Assembly (NCBI RefSeq): GCF_011386835.1
Contig: NC_088803.1
Span: 17,918,001-17,982,000 of the forward strand
Source of the DNA: Chrysemys picta bellii
Taxonomy: Eukaryota
Reading direction: 5' to 3'
DNA length: 64,000 bases
Shown: positions 1 to 12,100 of the stretch, piece after piece
Layout of the letters: the number at the start of each line of letters is the position of its first letter
Numbering within the stretch: position 1 is the stretch's first letter
The notes under the pieces: model-generated
What the model was told of the DNA's origin: nothing
What the model saw: the letters and a program-made list of their open reading frames with translations, nothing else
Database searches by the model: none
Position numbers and translations under genes: made by a program

Positions 1-132
1 ACAGCAGCTCCCCCCACCCATTACAGCGAGGCACCTTCCCATGCTCTTGTGGACAGCCCCCACGCCGCACAGGGCTGGCTCCCGACTAGCAGCCCCCAGA
101 GGTGCCCCCCACCCCCAGGCCACCCCGCTCAC

Positions 133-3100
133 CGTGCAGGGCATAGGCCTGGCCCAGCACAGGCAGCAGCCCCAGGCGGACGTGGGCAGCCACGAAGCGC
201 AGGTCCGTCAGAAGGGAGCCCAGGAGGTCGGGGCGTCCAGCGCAGACCTGTTGGGACAGCAGGGTCACTTCGGGGTGCTGCCCACCCAGCCCCAGCCCCT
301 GCTACGCTAAGCCCCACCCCCTGCCTCCCGCCTCACCCCACCCTATGCCCAGCCCCTCACCCAGCCCTGCTCCTGCCCAGCCTCTGCCCACCCACTTCCG
401 AATTCTCCACCTCACCCCACCCGCCCAATCCTGCCCCCTGCCAAGCTCCGCCCCTGCCCTCACCCAGCTCCCCCCCCCACCATCCCCCAGTGCCCCATAC
501 CCACCAGGTGGTAGGGCAGAGCCGCCAGGGGCCCAGCCTCGCTGCCCTGGAAGCTCCGGGACACGTCCGGGTCGCAGAGTTTCCAGAGATGAGCTGGGGA
601 TGTGGGGGAGACTGTCACTCACAATGCTCAGCACCCCTTGGCCGGGGGGGGGTCACAGGCCCAGCCCAGACACCACCCCAGAGCCCCACACGGGGCGACC
701 TCCTGACCTGCTATCAGAGTGTGAACCGCTCGCTCCAGGCCCGGTTCCTTCAGGTAGCGCCGTTCCACCGCCGTCCGCAGGGGGGCACCGCAGAGGTGGA
801 GCCGCGAGCCAGGGGCCTCCGAGGGGGCCCCACACACCCCCGCCAGTCTGGGGGGACAGACGGGGGACAGAGAATACTAGATTCCGGCCAGCGACGGAGC
901 TCGGCGCCAGGTCCTGGGAGCCTGCCAGAGTCTGGAGAGAACCCAGGCATCCGGGATCCCAGCCCCCAACCCCCACTCCCCTCCCAGAGCCCGAGAGAAC
1001 CCAGGAGTCTGGGCTCCCAGTCCTCCTTCTCTTACCACTAGACCCCACTCCCCTCCCCCAGCCAGGAGAGAACCCAGGCGCCCTGGCCCCCACTCACCCC
1101 CTCAGGCTCCTCATCAGGGAATAGATCGGGGCCTTGGGGATGGTCGCTGCGCGGCCCCCAGCAGCTATGCCTCTCTCCCAGGTGACAGGCGCCCCGCCCA
1201 GCTCCATCCACATGGTGAGCACAGCGAGGAGATCACGCTCCAGCAGGCCTGCGGAGGACAGAGGAGTGAGGGTCAGGGACACATCTTCAGGGATTCCCAT
1301 CCCAGGGACGACTCGCCTGGTGCTGAGATGCAGCCAGCTCTGGGGTGCAGCAGCTGGTAGCAATGCCGATTAACACCTCCCAGCACCTCGAGCTGTCTCT
1401 TACCGTCTTTGCTGGCCCAGAGGGCGGCGACGGCTATGGTCACTGGCTCGGCCCCGTGCTCCTGCTCCAGGCAGCCCAACATGTGCTGGAGCAGGGCAGG
1501 TAGCGCTGGGGGCAGCGTCTGGATCCTCTCCGAGACCTGGAGGGAGGGACACAGGACCCTGAGGGGACCGGAGAGCCCCATGCCAGGGCCGGATGCCTGG
1601 GTCCCCTTCTGTCCCCATCCCTCCCTTGGGGTCCCTAGAGGGCAGAAACCCATGCTGGTGGCTCAGATGCCTGGGTCCCCTTCCATCCTGGCCTCTCCCT
1701 TGGGGTCCCTCGCGGGAACAGATCTGTGTCGTCAGCCGGGATGTCTGGGTCCCCTTCCGTCCCGGTCCCTCCCCCAGGTTCCCTAGAAGGGGAAGCCCTG
1801 CACCACCAGCCCAGATGACTGGGTCTCCCTGCGGGACTGAGGCACCTTTTCATAGACGGTGAAGGCTCGCAGATCCTGGGTGAGCAGCGCCAGGTAGAGG
1901 GGCTGCCGGGCACCGCGCTTCAGTAGCACCAGCCGCATCTGGAGAGAGACAGACGGGGTCTCAGCAGGCAGGGAGCCCCTGGGCCAAAGCCAGGGCCCCT
2001 GCCCCACCCAACCAGAGCAGGAGAGAACACAGGAGTCTGACCCCCAATCCACCTCTGCTCCAACCACTAGACCTCACTCCCCTCCCAGCGCTGGAATAGA
2101 ACCCAGGAGTCCTGGCTCCCAGCCCCCCCGCTCTAACCATTAGACCCCAGACCCCCACCAGAGGACCCAGGGATCCGGGCACCTCCCCACCTGGTTGTTG
2201 AAAGCCGTCTCCTCCAGCTTCTTGCCGTACAGGGCGAGGTCCCGGCGGACCAGCCCAGCCCGGTCGCAGGGGTCCAGGGACCCCAGGGGGATGATGACTG
2301 TGTCCGCCCGTCGCTGTAGGGAATCCAGGAGTCCAGAGCCCTCGCCGATGCTCAGAACCAGGCTCATGCGCTGGGGGGAGAAGAGAGGAGCTGAGCGGGT
2401 GGTGGGGTTGGTGGGAGGGGGGGTCCCACGGGGAGGGGGGGCTCGACTTACCGGGGGCAGCCGCACCGGGAGCCAGTCGGAGACGGGCTGCCCACTGTCC
2501 CCGTGGATCTGGTCAGCCCCATCAACCAGCACGGCCAGGCGCTGGGCTCCCCGGAGCGACCTGGCCACCGCGGGCAGGAGAGACTCCAGACAGCACACCA
2601 GCCCCCTGCAATGGACAGGCAGGGATGGGACCCAGGCATCCTAGGGCACCCAGCCCCCCCAGCTTTAACCCCTAGACCCCACTTCCCTCCAGAGCTGGGA
2701 GAGAATCCAGGAGTCCTAGGTCCCAGACCCCCCTGCTCTAACCACTAGACCCCACTCCCACCCAGTGCCAGGAGGGAACCCAGGAGTCCTGGCTTCCAGC
2801 CCCCCAACACCCAGCCCCCCCATACCCTTGCTCTAACCACTAGATCCCACTCCCACCCAGGGCCAGGAGGGAACCCTGGCATCCTGACCTGTAGCTGGCG
2901 GGGGGCGGGGCCGTCTGGCCCAGCAGACGGCTCAGGCGGGCACACAGATGGCTCAGCACTACCCTGGCGCTGGCCTGGTCCGGTCGGGCCCCGGTGAAGT
3001 GGGAGACGACCAGGCAGCGGGTGGGGGAGGCGTCCCGGGCAGGGGGATGGGCGCTCAGCTCCCGCGTCAGCGCCGCCTGGGGAAGGGACAGTGAGTCAGC

Positions 3101-6100
3101 TGGGGGCGGGGCCTCTCCAGGCCCCTCTCACCACAACCCAGCACAGCCAGACCCCACCCACTCCAGCCCCTCCCCCTCCTCCAGGCCCCACTCACCTGGC
3201 CTAATGCAACAGACCTGACCCCACCCCCTCCTGGCCCCCAAGTCCCACCCCCTCCTTCAGGCCCTTCCCACCAGGCTTTATGCAGCAGACCCACACCCCG
3301 CCCCCTGCAGGCCCTGCCTACAATCCATCACCAAGCCCCGCCCCTTTCTGCCCCCAGACCCCCTCCCCCCATTGGGTGCCCCAAGGCCCCTCCCCTCAGG
3401 CCCCATGCAGACCCCTCCCCCCGTCCTCACCATGAAGACAGTCTTGCCATCACCAGGCGCACCCGTCACCACGTAGAGCCCGCCCCCTGCCCCGCGGCGG
3501 GGGGGCCGGCCCTCACGCACCCGCCCGGCCACGGCGCCCAGCAGCTTGCCCCGGGCACAGAACTGGCGCTGCTGGAAGTCCTGGAAGGCATCTTGCAGCT
3601 CTTGCCCCTCCTCCTCCTCGCCCCCAGGGGGCTCCGACTCAGCCTGGAGGTGGGGGGCAGAGACAGGCGTCAGCATGGAACCCAGGAGTCTGGGCTCGCA
3701 GCACCCTCCGTTCTAACCGCTAGGCCCCACTCCCTCCCCGCCAGGGACAGCGAGTCGCGTTACCTGGAGGAACTGACGTTGGAGGGCGCCCCACAGATCC
3801 TGCAGCACCCGGGCCCCAAACTCCTCCAGCCCTTTGACATACGGCCGGCCCTGGGCCACGCCGCCCCACTGGCAGGAGTACCTAGGGGGAGAGAGCAAAG
3901 CCATGAGGGAGATACCGTGGGGCCCAGCGATCCCACCGCACCCACCTATCTCCTGGCCCATTACCTGCTTACAGATGCCACCCCCAGGTGCTGGCCCAGA
4001 TGCCCCTTCAGATCTGCCATCCGGTGCTGAGCGTCCTCTGACTCTGCCACGAAATCTGCCCTCCAGGCTTCCGGCACGGACCTGCCCCACCACAGACAGG
4101 TCAGGGGCCCCATGTCCCGTTCCCCGGCCCCCTGTGCCAACCAGTACCCCACCCTGGGGCCGGATCAGCACCCCCTAGAAGGGACAAGCCCCGTTCCCCA
4201 GTCCCCCAACATGAGGCTGGATCGGCACCCCTTAGAGAGGAAAGGCCCTGTTCCCCATCCCCCTGAGCCAAGCAGCCCCCCCACCATGGGTCTGGATCGG
4301 TGTCCACTAGAGGGAAAAGGCCCCATGTCCCATTCCCTGCCTCTCCCCCCCCAAGCCAGCCAATCCTTGCCATGGGGCTGGATGGGAGCCGGCACCCCTA
4401 GAGGGGAAAGGGTGCAGAGTTACCCAAGGAAATCTGGCTCGCGGAGGTAGAAGAACGCCTGGGCAGCAGAACCAGAGTCGCGCCGACTGCTGAGGAACTG
4501 CATGACCTCCAGCTCGGTGATGGAGCGGCCCCGAGGGTACGACTTCACCTGCAGCGACGGCACACCGGACTCCATCATCAGCCCCCAAGTGGTGGGATTG
4601 AGACTGTTACCCGGAGGGATCCCACTGCTCCCACCGGTCGTGCTACGAAACGAAGGCCAGCCCACAGGCAGAACAGCTCTCAGGCAGGGTTAGACTAACA
4701 GGCATCATGGGGAAGAAACACGCCTGGGCCATTGTGAAGTGAGATGCCCGGCTTCCCCCAACCGGAAGGCTGGGGAGGTCTTGGTCTCCACCATGGGTCC
4801 GTGCATCTGTGAGCCCCACGCTGAGTGGACACGGCCAGCAGGCCCAGGCCAGCGCCAGCCACAAAGAGCTTTGTGCTGAAGTGAGCCTGGATCCCAACGC
4901 ACCCACCAACCTCAGCGGAACTGGGGGATTCCCATTGACCTTGGCCACCTCTGAGGCTCCCGTCCCTGGATGCAACACTTCTGGAGCGTGAAACTAGACA
5001 GCATGTTTACAGGCTTGCACCCTCTCCTGTGCTTCACCCCATCACCAGAAGGGATCCCACTGTTCCCAGCAGCACTATTCTGAGACACCCAAGCTCTGTC
5101 TCTACCCCGGGGTACAGGACACCCTGGCAGGCTCCGACATGCTATGAAGCCAGGCGTGGGCTGACAGAATAACCCCTCCAGTGGCTTTATACTGTTCTAG
5201 TGGGAGCGATGTCACCACTACACCAATTTCACCAACTACTGGAACCCTCCCTGGCGTAGTGAGAGCAGCACATCATCTGGCCATGGAAAAACATCACCAT
5301 GCCTCGCGCCCATTATTGCAGGCCACTCCCCAGGCTGTCCAGTCCTGAGAGGTGTGACTCAACACAGGGACGTGAGTGAGGTGGCAGAACGGCAATGCCA
5401 GTAGGTACCGGAGGCAGATGTGCAGGGTGCCCCGTCCCACCAGTATAGCGACTGGGCAGACTGGGCGAGGGAGGCTGCAGCACTACACCCAATCGCCCAG
5501 AGTAAATAAAGCAAAATCCCACTTCCACCAACTGTGAAGGAAGGCTCAGCGGCCAGGTTCTGGCAGGCGAGGGGGCTGCAGGGCGGCGTCAGCCACCAGC
5601 TGGGTGCAAGGGGCACTATCTTCTTGTCCCCCCAACCCCGATACAACTGACAGGGTGCTGGCAGTGCTCACCCACTCGTACTGGGGGGTGTCCGGCAGGG
5701 AGTATTCTCGGGGTACATAGCCGTAACGCTCCCCCAAAATGCCCACGAAGAGCTGGCTCCGAGCCACCTCCGAGAGGCACAGTTCCAGCTGCCTGTATGG
5801 GGAAAGAGACCGGGGTCAGCACCAAGGGGGGGCCCCCCACCCCAGCATGGCACCACCCAGCTCCCCGACTCAGCACGGTTCCCCCCAGACTCCTCTCAGC
5901 ACAGCACCCCCTGCCCCACTCCCTGCAGCAAGACACCCCCCTTCCCAGGGCCACCCAGAGGATTCAGGGGGCCTGAGGCAAAGCAATTTCAGGGGCCCCT
6001 TCCATGAAAAAAAGTTGCGATACTATAGAATACTATATTCTTGTGGGGGCCCCTGCAGGGCCTGGGGAAAACTGCCCCACTTGCCCCCCGGCCGGCCTTG

Positions 6101-9100
6101 GGAAAAATAAACATTTAAAAACCTTCCACATCTCCGCACAAACCCAGTTTTAAGTACTAAAAGGCACTAAAGCTCATTAAAAGGGTTGGACAAATAGTTT
6201 CCTTCAAAACTTTTTTTGGATCAAAAACTAGGGGTTTTTAAAAAGCAGAAAAAAAATCACGGACAACGTCTGCTTTCCTTCAAAATTTGTTGTGGGTTTT
6301 TTAATTGAAAAGCTGAAATTAGTCTGCCAAAACCTGAACATGGTTTGGGGTTTCAGAAGTGTGTGGCCAAATATTTGCTGTGTTAATTGTTTAAAGAAAC
6401 TATAAAAAAAATCTGCTTAAAAAAATCCAAAACTTTTGAACCACCTCAGCTTGTGACCAAACGCCTGAGCCCATCCAGTCAGAGACTTTTCCAGGTTTCT
6501 GATACTCTGCTGGCTTCCTTGACTCATATCTGTCTCCATAACTTTGGGTTCATTTAGGTTAGAACATAAGAACGGCCATACTGGGTCAGACCAAAGGTCC
6601 ATCTAGCCCAGTATCCTGTCTACCGACAGTGGCCAATGCCAGGTGCCCCAGAGGGAGTGAACCTAACAGGTAATGATCAAGTGATCTCTCTCCTGCCATC
6701 CATCACCTCCCTCTGACAAACAGAGGCTAGGGACACCATTCCTTACCCATCTTGGCTAATAGGCATTAATGGACTTAACCTCCATGAATTTATCTGTTTT
6801 CTAGAGACTGGCTCCATAGGGTCCCTCACAAACTGGAGACGGTTACTGTGGGTTTGTCTTTAGTATAGCTTATGTACATACTCCACGAACTGAGCATTTG
6901 AGCTTGTTCCAGAATTTGGGATGAGCCTATGTTGTGAAAACTGAAATGCTCAAAATAGCACATCCATGTGAATGGTGCTAAAAGTAAATTAACTCAGGGG
7001 TTCTCAAACTGGGGGTTGGGACCCCTCAGGGGGTCACAAGGTTATTACTGGGGGTCGTGAGCTGTCAGCCCCCACCTCAAACCCCACTTTGCCTCCAGCA
7101 TTTATAATAGTGTTAAATATATTAAAAAGTGTTTTTAATTTATAAGGGGGGGGTCGCACTCAAAGGTTTGCTCTGTGAAAGGGGTCACCAGTACAAAAGT
7201 TTGAGAACCAATGAATTAACCCCTCCGGAGCCTCGGGGAATGCGGGGGGAGGGGGGGGGGTCTCCCTTGGTAGGGTTGGGAAGGAGGTAGGTGGAGTATG
7301 ATATTGGTCTTCTCGTGTGATCCCTCCCCCATGGCTCTCTTGGGTCTATCACTGTTAATCTAAAGTGGCTAATTTTAAATGAAGCTACCCTCCCCTGACA
7401 TGAATCTCCCTTTGGCACTGAAATTAAATGTAGATTATAATTTGGCATTTGAGAAGTGAAAGGGGTGGCAGCCCTAAGGGAAAAGATAACAGCTTGGCTC
7501 TTTATGTTAACTAGCTGTCTGCAAGCCTCAAACTGCTGAATGAGCTTTAGGGTAGGGAAGGCTGTGCCTCCCCAAACAGCCTGGCCCTGCCCCCTATCCA
7601 AACCCCCACCCACTTCCTGCCCCCCTCAGAATCCCCAACCCATCCTGCTCCTTGTCCCCTGACCGCCCCCCCAAAACCTCCCCAACCACCACCCCGGGAC
7701 CCCACCCCCCTGAACCCCCCCTGCTCCCTGTCCCGACCCCTATCCACCCCGCGCCGAGTCCTGACAGACCCTTGGAATGCCCACAATCCAACCCCCCGTT
7801 CCCCGTCCCCTGACCACCCCTCCCCCAGAACTTCTGCCCCCTCCCTGTCCCCGGGACACCTTGCCCCTTATCCAAACCCCCCCGCCCCCCGCCGCCCCCT
7901 TACCATGCCGCTTACCCCTGCCTCCCTCCTCTCCCGGAGCCTCAGTGGGCCGTGTCCAGGAGCCACCTGGACAGCGCTGCAGCGGCGTGGCTCCAGCAGG
8001 ACCTGAGCTCAAACCGCTCGGCCGCAGCTCGCAGCCCCGCCCCCTTACCACGTGGCTCCGAGCGGCAGGAGCTCAGGCCCCGCTGGAGCCACGCCACTTT
8101 AGCTCTGTCCAGGGCAGCTCCTGGACGCGGCACGCTGAGGCGCCGGGAGATGGGGAAGGTGGAGGCGGGGGGAGCCTCCGACATTCTTCTGTGGGGCCCG
8201 GGGCAAATTGCCCCACTTACCGCCCCCTCTGGGCAGCCCTGCCCCTTCCCCCCCGCCCCGAACCCTCTGCCCACAGGGTGGGCACCCACCGCTCCTGCCG
8301 TGCCTCCTGCTCGGTGATGCCCCAGCGCAGGTCGATCTCCTGCAGCGCTAGGTGGTGGGGGGCGGCACGGGCGCGCAGGGCGGGCAGCACAGCCCGGAGC
8401 ACCACGTCCCGCTCGCCCTGCATGTCCCGCACCGGCGACGAGATGAACACGCGGATGCTGCGCCACCTGGAGAGGGACCCATCAAACCCTGACCAGGGGA
8501 GCCCAGACCAGCTCGGCCCAGCCCCCACACCAGCCTCTGCCCCCACGATGGACCCCTGTCACCGCGTTACTGGCCCCTGCCCCCCCGATGGGCCCCCCGT
8601 CGCCGCCCCCCCCACCGGCCTCTCCCACCCCCGCTGGGCCCCCGTCACCGCCCCCTGCCCGCCCCCACCTCCCCCGATGGGCCCCTCTGTCACCCTGCCA
8701 CCGGCCCCTGCCCCCCCGATGGGCCCCTCTGTCACCCAGCCACAAGCCCCTACTCCCTGATGGGCCCCTCTGTCGCCTCCTACCGGTCCCTGCCCCCCCC
8801 ATAGGTCCCTCTGTCCCCCCTAATCGGCCCCCCACTGGTCCCTACGCCCTCAATGGGCCCCTCTGCCCCCTAATAAGTCCCTACTCACCCCCGGACTGGC
8901 CCCGCCCATCGCATCCCCTGCCTTTCCCGATGGGCCCCTCTGTCCCCCCGCCACCAGTCCCTGTCCCCCCCATGGGCCTCTGTCACTACCCCACTGGCCC
9001 TTGCCCCCCCCATGTGTCCCACTGTCCTACAAGCCCGGTTACCTCCCCTGGACCAGCGCCAGACCACCCAACCCGGTCCCTCCCCCTCCAGCTCAGCCCT

Positions 9101-12100
9101 AGACCCCGCCATGAACCCCTCCCACACGCCAGAGAATCAGCCCCCCACCCACTCTCTCCCCACCCCCGACTGGTCGCGGGCCCTGTCAACCTCTCACCTG
9201 CTCCGGGGGGCGGGGGTCAGGGCAGGAGGGGCGCAGGAAAGCTCTGGGTGCCTGCGGGGCGCCCCCAGCGGGGGGGGCAGTCCGTGGATCTCGTCCATCC
9301 TGCCCACGTGCTCCAGCAGGCGGGAGGTGCCGCGCACGGCCAGGAACCTGCGGGGGAGGGAGGGGGACGTTGCAGTCTGTATAATTTTATAAAAATACGC
9401 TAATGAGTGAATATAATGTAACTGGAATATGCTTCATGCAAAACGTCTCTTGTCATTACAAAAGCTTATAATCTACTGAGTGTGATCATCCTATTTGTAT
9501 AAATGTATCACTCTTGTACCTGAAACTAGAAATAGGAAATATAACTCTGAGGGCCTATTGTAATTATGCAAAGTGTGGGCCATTAATGGTGCTTTGGAAT
9601 CTTGATGACTCCCATTAACCAGGACAATTGTCTGCAGATGGCTCTGTTTTACCTGTAAGTCTCCTTGTATAAGTGTGTGCTGGCAAGTGGGCAATGAAGT
9701 ATTGGAATCCATCTTTAACCTGGTGTCTTTCCATTGAGAAGGAGGGGGTGGAAACCCAGAGAGGGACAGAGGGTTCCTGCCTTATGCAAAAGATATATAA
9801 AGGGGTGGAGGAGCCATCATGAAGAATCCCCTAGCTACCACCTAAGCTGGAACAAGAGCTGCACCAGGGGAAAGAATTGTGCCCAGGCCTGGAAGGTGTC
9901 CAGTCTGAGAAAAAACTTACTGAAGCATCTCTGAGGGTGAGATTATCTGTATTCAGTTTGATTAGACATAGATTTGCGCATTTTATTTTATTTTGCTTGG
10001 TGACTTACTTTGTTCTGTCTGTTACTACTTGCAACCACTTAAATCCTAGTTTTTGTATTTAATAAAATCACATTTTACTTATTAATTAACTCAGAGTATG
10101 TATTGATACCTGGAGGAGCAAACAGCTGTGCATCTCTCTCTATCAGTGTTATAGAGGGCGAACAATTTATGAGTTTTACCCTGCATAAGCTTTATACAGG
10201 GTAAAATGGATTTTTTTGGGTTTAGAGCCCATTGGGAGTTGGGCATCTGAGTGTTAAAGACAGCAACACTTCTGTTAGCTGCTTTCAGGTAAACCTGCAG
10301 CTTTGGGGCAAGTAATTCAGACCCTGGGTCTGTGTTGGAGCAAATGGGAGTGTCTGGCTCAGCAAGACAGGGTGCTGGGACCCCGAGCTGGCAGGGAAAG
10401 CCAGGGGCAGAAGTAGTCTTGGCACATCAGGTGGCAGCTCCCAAGAGGGTTTCTGTGATCCAACCCGTCACAAGGGACAGTTACAAACTGGCCCACATGA
10501 CACCACCTGCCTGCCCCCCTCCCCGTAAGGCTGAGACTCACCTGAGCACCTGCTCACTGAACCCAGCCAGCTCCACCTCGTCTGCGGGGCTCCTCTGGCA
10601 CCTGCAACAACACGGTCAGAGCCGCCTCAGCCCTGGGGCGCCCCAGGGAGCTCCCCGACACTCCCAGAGCCACAGGGAGCCCCCCACCCCTCCCCCAAGC
10701 CACAGGGAACCCCCGCCCCCAGGGGATCCCCCTTCCCCGCCCTTAGGGAATCCCCACTCCCCTCACCCAGAGCCATGGGGAGCCCTCCAGCCCCAGCCCC
10801 CGAGTGCCAGGGATCCCCCCTCCCCCCCTCCGAAAACCACCAGGGAAAAGCCCAGGCAAGGCCTCAGAAGCCCCCACCCCGCAGGCTACAGGCAAGGAAT
10901 GGGGGGGGGGTCCTAGCCCCCGAGGAGTTACAGTGGGGCGGGTTCATACCCCCAGGACTCCAGGCAGAGGTTCACGAAGAGGCAGTGGGGGGCAACACGA
11001 TCCCGCACCAGCCGCAGGGCAGGGCCGGCCAGGAGGGCCTCTGAGCTGGGGCTTAGCACGAGCAGGGTGTCCACCTGGGGGGAGGGGGGGAGATACGGTC
11101 AGTCTGTGCCCAGCTGTGGGCCCCTTCCTCAGCTAGTGCCCCTCACTCCTGACCCGCAGCCCCTTGCCAGCCCAGCCCCAAGCCCCTCCAGCTCTGCTGG
11201 TGCCCTTCACTCCTGACCCGCAGCCCCCTGCTAGCTCAGCCCTTCCTCCCCCCAGCCCTGCCAGCGCCCCTGACACCAGATCCGCAGCCCAGACTCACCG
11301 GCTCCCCACGAGCCACCAGGTCCCAGAGACGTCGCTGACGGTGCTGGAGCCGCTGCTCGGCTCCATTGTGGCCTGGGGAAGAGATGGGGTGAGACGCGGA
11401 GCCAGGCTGGGCTGGGGGAGAGTGAGTGAGTAGGGACAGGAGGGGCTCTCACCTGGACCTGCTGGTGCAGGCTCTGGACGTTCTCCAGCAGCGACCCGGC
11501 CAGCGCCTGCACCTCCTCCCAGGGGCCCGCGGCCATACAGCACCAGGCGCGCCCGCTCTGCCACCGCTTGGCCCATCAGGCCCAGCAACAGGGCCACCTC
11601 CAGGGCCTAGGAGAGATGGGGGACTGTGAGCTGGACACGGCCCCACCCACAGGGCACTGCTGTGAGGTGAGTGCAGCACCCTGCCCTGCCCCCAACCCCC
11701 ACAGGTGTAGAACTAATGAATGAAATTGTTTTTAATTGTTCACTTTATTAATGTAACTTCATAAGTAAAGTTTTATGAATGAAACAATATTCATTCATAA
11801 AAACCGGTTACCACAATAACTAGCTAATTAACAGTTAAGATGCTTGTTAAGAGCCATAGCTGTTCAGTCAGCTGCCTTTGTAAGTTTCACTATCAATCCA
11901 ATTCCTGCTTAAATCACTGAGACTTGCACTGTTTCACTATTGTAATTTCTGTTCACCATTTATTACACTTGCCTACAGTGTAACTTCTGTTCACTGTTTG
12001 CCATATTGTAATTCAAACCACATTTTAAAACGCTTACTCCATTTTGTAAGGGCTTGCTGCAACCTTCATTTTTGCAAACCCTGCTGTAATCTTATTAGTT

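Noticed and set aside
9198-9347. Suspected homopolymer frameshift in the TEP1 exon with the G8 run
   Set aside because: On recount the exon is 150 nt and phase-consistent with both neighbours.
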